A stretch of DNA of 51,706 nt from Patescibacteria group bacterium (GTDB lineage: Bacteria > Patescibacteriota > Microgenomatia > UBA8517). The DNA lies in assembly GCA_038206135.1 (NCBI GenBank), contig JBBRBD010000007.1:1-51706 (forward strand), read 5' to 3'. Below, in pieces: positions 45,873 through 51,706 of this stretch (the first letter of the stretch is position 1; each line of letters begins with the position of its first letter). The position numbers and the translations under genes are program-made. The notes beneath the pieces were generated by a model. The model did no database searches. It was not told the DNA's origin and was given only the letters and a program-made list of their open reading frames with translations.

Positions 45873-48545
45873 TTAGATTTCACTGTCACTTATTTTGGAT
45901 AGAATTTGTTTTCCTTCATTCACCAAACCTTTATACTGAGCAAGTCGATCTTTGTAAATTTCTCCTTCTGTTGTTTTTCCTAAGTCTATAGACAGCTTTT
46001 TTAATATTTTTTGCATTTCTGAATATGTTCCCAATAGAACTCTCTCGTCTGAAGTGAGATTTGATGAAAGTGCACTGTGTTGAATTCCGTACGCAAAGGC
46101 GCCTTCATTATTAAGAAAATCAATGAATTGAATTTTCTGTTCTGATTTTTCTTGAGGATCGATCGTACTTTGCTGCATAAGGCCATTCAAAACTGAAAAC
46201 TTTTTATCTTCTCTGTCCAATCGTAGTCTTAACTGTTCAGAAAAATTTTTACTTGTTACCTCATATGTTTGAACAATTTGTGGTTCCGGTTCTTCATGAC
46301 TATTTTCTTCAGGGGAAGGCACCTGTGTCGAAACCTGATTTACAGATTCAATATCGGATGACTCAACCAAAGGTTCTGAAGACTCAGTGTTCACGCTTTC
46401 TACTACGGGTTCCGAAACTGGTGAGTATCTCTTACTTAATTCTTGTTTCAAAAATCTTCGTTCATCATCAACTTTGTCTTTAAGATGCAACTGTAATTTA
46501 CTCTTACCTTCATCTGATAAATTATCAACTTGAGTCTCAGCTAAATTATTAAGTTCTTCCAATGTGAACAAGTAATCACTAAAATAATAGTACTCTATAG
46601 GTCGAGCTTTTGAATCTCCTTGCATTTCAGAAAAAATAGTCCTTACATCCATATCATTGAAAAAATCCTTCTCTTTGTTGTATATTTCTTTCCTTTGTTC
46701 GATTTCTTCTTGATAATTTTCTTTTGTTATCTCGCTTCCATTAAAAACATTTTGTACAAAATTCACGTGCGCAATAAGTGCATGTCTTAATCCGTCTGGG
46801 TTGCGTAATGCATTCTTGTTTGGTAAATCCTCATAAGTCTGATATATGTTTAATTCTGGAACTAGTTTCATAACGACCTCTTTTTCATCTAAAGCATCAA
46901 CTTCGGCTAATTCTTGCTTTAACGTCTTGTCTACATTATGAGGGATCTCAGCAGCCGAAAATTCCGTATTTGCAGGGATAGGAAGAGGGTAAGCACTCTC
47001 ATTTTCGACTTGATTCACTAAATCAATAGCTTCTTGTGGATTTAGGGGTTCTACTGACATATTCGTTTCAACACTACTCCCTTGTTGTGTTTGAATTTCC
47101 AAGGCAGGTGTGGGCTCAGAAACCGCAGATCCTGAGCTTCCATGTCTTTCATCAAAGTCTTCCCACATTTTTTTGACCCGTGCATCTATCTCCTTACGAT
47201 TTTCAGGCGAGTCTGAATCAATATTAGACTCTTCATCAAATGACGGCTTTTTTGTTGAGCGAAGACTGTTCCAAACTGTTAAGGCAGCGTTTTTTGTTCT
47301 TTTAAACAGACTTCCTTGCTTCTCGTCCGGCGCATTCAACGGAGTACTTTCAACTGATATAGGCGACTCTGGCAATACACTTTGATTCTTTTGATCAACG
47401 AATGAATCGCTCTGTATAGGTTCAGATTCAGAAATAAATTCTGTTTCAGGTTCCATAACAGTTGTTACATTTTCTCCTAAAGATGTTTCCACATTTACCT
47501 CAGGCTCTAAGTGTGAATCATCTTCCGTGGTTGGCTTATTTATAGATATTGAAGTGGTTGTATCTTCGCTTTGTCGATTGCTGAAAAGAGTTTCCATTTT
47601 GGCTATAATTTCTTCCTCACGATTAGTGAAATCTGTTCCAGAAAAGCTCCCTCCATATTTCATGAATTCAGTGTGAAGACTAATTAATTCTTTTTGAAGT
47701 AATGAGTAACTCTTGATAAACGTAATATTTTCTGGTGTGTTAGATGTGTCATACGTCACGTTCTGTGAAATCATATCCACCTCTTGCAAAATCTTCGAGG
47801 CTTGTATTGCATAATTCCCAAGTGAACCTTCAATATTTTGATCAGGAACTGAATACAAATATTCTGTAACTCTCATAGACAATCCGTTTAGCTTTGCGTT
47901 TTCAACAAGCAGCAGTCTCTCTGCATCTTCACAAGTCAAAGGTACATTACGGTATTTTTCCTTCAAATCTTTCAATCTTTGACTTGCTTGTTCCAATATC
48001 TCATCCGTGTTGTCAAACTCATCCTCACCATACTGTTCTAGCATTTCTCGAAACTCCTGATTAGTGATAAATTCATCATCAACGGACTCCTGTTCCGGTG
48101 TTTCAGCAGGCACGACATTTGCTTCAACCAAAACAGACTTTTGTGGAGAACTTATATTGGCAATTCGATCATCAATTCCTCTAATTTCATTTTGAGTATT
48201 TTCATTCGCATTAGTCAACATGTCACCCATCAGTTTTTCTCTTCTCCTTTTTAAGCCATCAAGGTCTTCATCCCCGTGCTTTTTATATAGAGGCTTTACA
48301 TCAAAACGGTTTTCCAACTGGTCATCAATATCGTAAATTTGTTGTTGGGTACTTTCATTTGGGTCAGACCACATTTTTTGCATTAGCGTGTCTCTTTTGT
48401 CTTGTAATTCCGATTGACTGAGTTCTTTTGTTTGTTTTACTTCTTCTTTTGCAGAGTTTGGGGTTGGCGTATATCTCTGAGCTTCTGGGGAAAGTCGCGA
48501 ATATAGAGCCTGTTTTTCGGCATCACTTCCATTTCCATCTCGCAT
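45873..48545 (-). CDS. Large acidic low-complexity hypothetical protein (likely the C-terminal part of frame 45873-48818)
   Basis: 890-aa E/S/P-rich ORF; same frame as 48558-48818, separated by one TAG. Confidence 0.7.
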   Translation of the reverse strand: MRDGNGSDAEKQALYSRLSPEAQRYTPTPNSAKEEVKQTKELSQSELQDKRDTLMQKMWSDPNESTQQQIYDIDDQLENRFDVKPLYKKHGDEDLDGLKRRREKLMGDMLTNANENTQNEIRGIDDRIANISSPQKSVLVEANVVPAETPEQESVDDEFITNQEFREMLEQYGEDEFDNTDEILEQASQRLKDLKEKYRNVPLTCEDAERLLLVENAKLNGLSMRVTEYLYSVPDQNIEGSLGNYAIQASKILQEVDMISQNVTYDTSNTPENITFIKSYSLLQKELISLHTEFMKYGGSFSGTDFTNREEEIIAKMETLFSNRQSEDTTTSISINKPTTEDDSHLEPEVNVETSLGENVTTVMEPETEFISESEPIQSDSFVDQKNQSVLPESPISVESTPLNAPDEKQGSLFKRTKNAALTVWNSLRSTKKPSFDEESNIDSDSPENRKEIDARVKKMWEDFDERHGSSGSAVSEPTPALEIQTQQGSSVETNMSVEPLNPQEAIDLVNQVENESAYPLPIPANTEFSAAEIPHNVDKTLKQELAEVDALDEKEVVMKLVPELNIYQTYEDLPNKNALRNPDGLRHALIAHVNFVQNVFNGSEITKENYQEEIEQRKEIYNKEKDFFNDMDVRTIFSEMQGDSKARPIEYYYFSDYLFTLEELNNLAETQVDNLSDEGKSKLQLHLKDKVDDERRFLKQELSKRYSPVSEPVVESVNTESSEPLVESSDIESVNQVSTQVPSPEENSHEEPEPQIVQTYEVTSKNFSEQLRLRLDREDKKFSVLNGLMQQSTIDPQEKSEQKIQFIDFLNNEGAFAYGIQHSALSSNLTSDERVLLGTYSEMQKILKKLSIDLGKTTEGEIYKDRLAQYKGLVNEGKQILSKISDSEI

Positions 48546-48557
48546 TTCGCGAACGAT

Positions 48558-48818
48558 CTATTGATCTATTCGTTCATCAAGATTTGCATCTGGATTGTTT
48601 TTTGACAACTTGGCTTCACGTCTGCGAATAAGGTCAACAGGGTCTTCCTGTTCTTTTGGAAATTTATGGGTTAGATTCTTTATACGATTAAGAAGTGAAG
48701 GTTTTTCTGCAGTAGATTTTAAATGTGGGTTTTCAACTGTTGCAACTTTAGTCGCATCAAAGTTGGGATTTTGAACTCTATCAAGCGGATGGATATCCCC
48801 TTTATATTCTTCCATCAC
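48558..48818 (-). CDS. Hypothetical protein (likely the N-terminal part of the downstream large ORF)
   Basis: Starts right at the rnj stop; ends in TAG four sense codons before the in-frame ATG 48545. Confidence 0.55.
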   Translation of the reverse strand: MMEEYKGDIHPLDRVQNPNFDATKVATVENPHLKSTAEKPSLLNRIKNLTHKFPKEQEDPVDLIRRREAKLSKNNPDANLDERIDQ

Positions 48819-50471
48819 TCATTCTTCCACAACTACTGGCAAAATCATAGGCCTGCGGCCTGTTTTCTCAAAGAAGTACCGTTCCAAAAAGTCTACTGCT
48901 TCACGCTTGGCAACAGCCGGGTTTACCAAATTTTTCTTATCCAATTGCTTAACCAAGCGCACTCCACTTTCTACCAAAAAGTTCTTCTTCATCTTTTCAA
49001 ACACAAATCCACGACTAATAATCTCAGGCTCTCCAACTATTTTTTTGTTTGCCGCATTAAACCCGAGCACTACAATTGCAATGCCATCACTTGCCAAAAT
49101 TTGTCGATCCCGAAGAACAACTTGTCCAACGTCACCGACTTCAAGTCCGTCAACCAAAATTTGCCGCACTGGAATTGTTTCTCCACGCTTTGCTCTGCCG
49201 CCACTAAATTCTACTGTCTCTCCACCGGTTAGCTCCAAAACGTTTTCATGCTTTATCCCCATCATCTCTCCAATATTGCCATATGCACGCATGTGTCTAA
49301 TAGTTCCTCCAATCGGGATTAGATACTTCGGCTTCACAATCGCCATTAACATTTTTATGTCTTCTATACTTCCATGTCCTGAAACGTGCAAATTCTCCTG
49401 CATATCGTAATAGTGCACATCAATATTTTCCTCTAGAAGTCGGTCTACTACAAAATCGACATTTGCTTTGGCTCCAGGAGGAGCTGGATCAGCTGAAAAA
49501 ACGACAGTGTCATTTTCTGAAACTGACAAGAAGTCGTGGTCTCCCATAGCAACTCGATAGAGTGCACTTCCAGGCTGACCATAAGAGCCTGAGATGATGT
49601 ACATGATTTTGTCTTTTGGAAGTTTTCTCGCGTCTTTGCCTTGTATTAAAATATTTTGATTATATTTCAAATAACCAAGCTTTCTTGCAACTTCAGCTTT
49701 TCGAATAATGGAGCGACCAATTAGGGCAACTTTGCGGCCAGATGCTTCTGCTGCATAAATTGCTTGCTGCATTCTAGAGATATTACTACTGATTGTGGTG
49801 AAATATACAAGGCCTGTCGCATCCATAACTATTTTTTTGATAATACCTTCGATTGTTTGTTCACTTTCAGTGTATCCAGGACTTGTGGAACCAAGTGAAT
49901 CTGAGGCAAGTGCTAAAACCCCGTCTGCAGCTAAAAGCGCTGCTTTGCCTACATCAAATGGTTTTCCGTTGACTGGAGTCCAATCAAATTTATAGTCCGG
50001 TACGTGAAATATTTTCCCTTCTGGGGTATCAATACAAATACCAGATGCATCAGGAATCGAATGGCTCACTCGAAATGGAGTAATGGTAAAAACACCAATT
50101 TTCAACACATCCGTTTCCAAATTAAATACATTTATTTTCGTATCGCGAATGCCTGAGTCAAGAAGTTTGTCTTTAATAAATCCGGCAGTTAGGGGTGACG
50201 CGTATACTGGAACTCGAACTTCTTTTAATAAAAATGGGATAGCTCCGATATGGTCCTCATGGCCATGAGTAATCACAATAGCTTTAAGCTTGTGTGCATT
50301 TTTTCTAATGTAATTAAAGTCTGGGATAACAAGATCAACTCCATACATGTCAGCATCAGGGAAACCAACACCACAATCCACAACAATCATATCGTTTTCG
50401 TATTCGTAGATATAACAGTTTTCTGTAACCCCAGTAGTACCTGACAATGCAACAAATTTTAAAGAAGGCAT
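48819..50471 (-). CDS. rnj: Ribonuclease J
   Basis: DCGVGFP, ITHGHEDHIG, HSIPD, HVSGHG, SRGFV, RRPMILPV. Confidence 0.96.
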   Translation of the reverse strand: MPSLKFVALSGTTGVTENCYIYEYENDMIVVDCGVGFPDADMYGVDLVIPDFNYIRKNAHKLKAIVITHGHEDHIGAIPFLLKEVRVPVYASPLTAGFIKDKLLDSGIRDTKINVFNLETDVLKIGVFTITPFRVSHSIPDASGICIDTPEGKIFHVPDYKFDWTPVNGKPFDVGKAALLAADGVLALASDSLGSTSPGYTESEQTIEGIIKKIVMDATGLVYFTTISSNISRMQQAIYAAEASGRKVALIGRSIIRKAEVARKLGYLKYNQNILIQGKDARKLPKDKIMYIISGSYGQPGSALYRVAMGDHDFLSVSENDTVVFSADPAPPGAKANVDFVVDRLLEENIDVHYYDMQENLHVSGHGSIEDIKMLMAIVKPKYLIPIGGTIRHMRAYGNIGEMMGIKHENVLELTGGETVEFSGGRAKRGETIPVRQILVDGLEVGDVGQVVLRDRQILASDGIAIVVLGFNAANKKIVGEPEIISRGFVFEKMKKNFLVESGVRLVKQLDKKNLVNPAVAKREAVDFLERYFFEKTGRRPMILPVVVEE

Positions 50472-50511
50472 AATTATGAAAGTAAATCTATTGTACCTTA
50501 TTTCTGAAGGA

Positions 50512-51561
50512 TTACCATGTAGGCAAGAACTGCTTCACATTCTCTTTTGTTATATGAAACTGTGTTCCTTGTCCTGTAACAATCATTTTGGCGACTTTTC
50601 TCACAACCCCTTGTATTGTACGGTCCAGTGTACGAATACCTGCGTCATATCCCAGTGGACGAGCGATACTGATCCACACATCGTCATCAAACGTAATTGT
50701 GTTTTCAGCAAGCCCTGCTTCTTTCAAAACTTTAGGTAAAATGTAGAGCTTAGAAATTTCAATTTTTTCGTTATCAGAATAACTAGGCATAGTAATTGGC
50801 TCCAAGCGATCCATTACAGCAGTTGCAATATTTGTTGTGTTATTTGCTGTGGCAATAAACAATGCATTTGAAAGATCTACCGGGTAATCAATGTAATGGT
50901 CAACAAATGATTGATTTTGCTCAGGGTCAAGAAGCTCAACTAAAACACCCATAATTGCGGCTCTGCCTTGCTCTGTTACACGATCAATTTCATCGAGTAA
51001 TATAATTGGATTTCGGCTTTGAGCAATGCGAAGCGCCTTAATAACGCGTCCAGGTTCTGCCTCTGGATGCATGCGGGATTGTCCACGAAGTTCAAGTGGA
51101 TCTCCCATCCCTCCAAAAGGAATACGTACAAACTTGCGGCCGATAGCTTCTGCAACACTCATGGCCATTGTCGTTTTTCCAGTTCCAACAAGTCCAACAA
51201 ACAGTAAAATCGGAGATCTCTTTGCAACATCTTCTCCTTTGTCCATCATAAGCTTCATTACAGATAGATATTCCAAAATGCGCTCCTTCAACGGTTCAAG
51301 CCCGTAATGATGAGAGTCGAGAATGGTCTTTGCTTTGACAAGATCTAATTGATCTGGAGTAATCGTGTTCCACGGCAAATGAGTTACCCAATCAATATAC
51401 CGATCCATACGATCAAGCTCTGGTAAAAATGTTGGCGAATTGGTTAACGCAGTCATCTGTTGCAAACGTACTTTAATGTTTTCCATCAACTCAGGAGGAA
51501 GAGTTGCCTCAGACATTCGTTTTTCAAGTGATGTCAAAATATTTGCGGCAGTGTTATCCAT
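50512..51561 (-). CDS. lon: Lon-type AAA+ ATPase without N-domain or protease domain
   Basis: LPW, HYGL..LKERILEYL, GLVGTGKT, NPIILLDEID, LLDPEQN..F.DHY, FIATAN, DRLE, GIRTL; stops before any S16 domain; start moved to ATG 51561. Confidence 0.8.
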   Translation of the reverse strand: MDNTAANILTSLEKRMSEATLPPELMENIKVRLQQMTALTNSPTFLPELDRMDRYIDWVTHLPWNTITPDQLDLVKAKTILDSHHYGLEPLKERILEYLSVMKLMMDKGEDVAKRSPILLFVGLVGTGKTTMAMSVAEAIGRKFVRIPFGGMGDPLELRGQSRMHPEAEPGRVIKALRIAQSRNPIILLDEIDRVTEQGRAAIMGVLVELLDPEQNQSFVDHYIDYPVDLSNALFIATANNTTNIATAVMDRLEPITMPSYSDNEKIEISKLYILPKVLKEAGLAENTITFDDDVWISIARPLGYDAGIRTLDRTIQGVVRKVAKMIVTGQGTQFHITKENVKQFLPTW

Positions 51562-51706
51562 ACATTCAATATAGCACGAAAAAAGGCGAGAGCATTTGCT
51601 CTCACCATACAATCGATTTGAATCAAAAAAACGAAAACAATTCAGGCAACTGTGCATACCACTCGACTAAGGCATTTGGCTCATCGCTCAGTAGAAAATG
51701 CATAGC

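Noticed and set aside
48558-48560. Genome-wide stop-codon reassignment (TAG, or TGA as in code 25)
   Set aside because: Conserved genes end at the expected place with TAG (secY, adk, yqgF) or TGA (rplQ, rplC, rnj), and long genes such as rpoBC contain no internal stops.
1-51706. tRNA, rRNA, CRISPR array, IS element, intron or intein
   Set aside because: Intergenic gaps are short and explained by promoters and terminators. No cloverleaf, spaced repeats or transposase were seen. The beta' insert near 31300-31570 is a charged coiled coil without intein motifs.

Overview
A 51.7-kb core-genome segment of a bacterium using genetic code 11, most likely Patescibacteria/CPR (Microgenomates-like). The assignment is inferred from the lack of rpmD in spc, a short AlaRS, a sortase next to a baseplate-J-like membrane protein, and trimmed ribosomal proteins. 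The - strand carries Lon-type ATPase-rnj-ftsK-HTH-alaS-baseplate J-like-sortase-yqgF-mltG, then a single fused rpoB-rpoC ORF, the str genes, tuf-rpsJ, the S10/spc/alpha clusters and rplM-rpsI. Small accessory genes, many with their own promoter, SD and terminator, interrupt this superoperon repeatedly. The most striking insert lies between secY and adk (~6.08-8.75 kb) and looks like an ATP-grasp RiPP (graspetide) locus. It has a 63-aa precursor with a strong SD, an internal terminator, a graspetide-synthetase-like ligase, and a convergent GNAT plus HEAT-like gene pair. Other oddities: EF-G with a non-canonical guanine pocket (NKLN / GGDNR), a substituted rifamycin pocket in RpoB, an ORF split at a C_CCT_TTG -1 slippery heptamer, a ~981-codon frame with one in-frame TAG, an SD-occluding three-way-junction leader, a terminator-like rplC leader, and many leaderless-type promoters. 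No rRNA, tRNA, CRISPR array or transposase was recognised. All calls come from motif recognition by eye; no searches were run.
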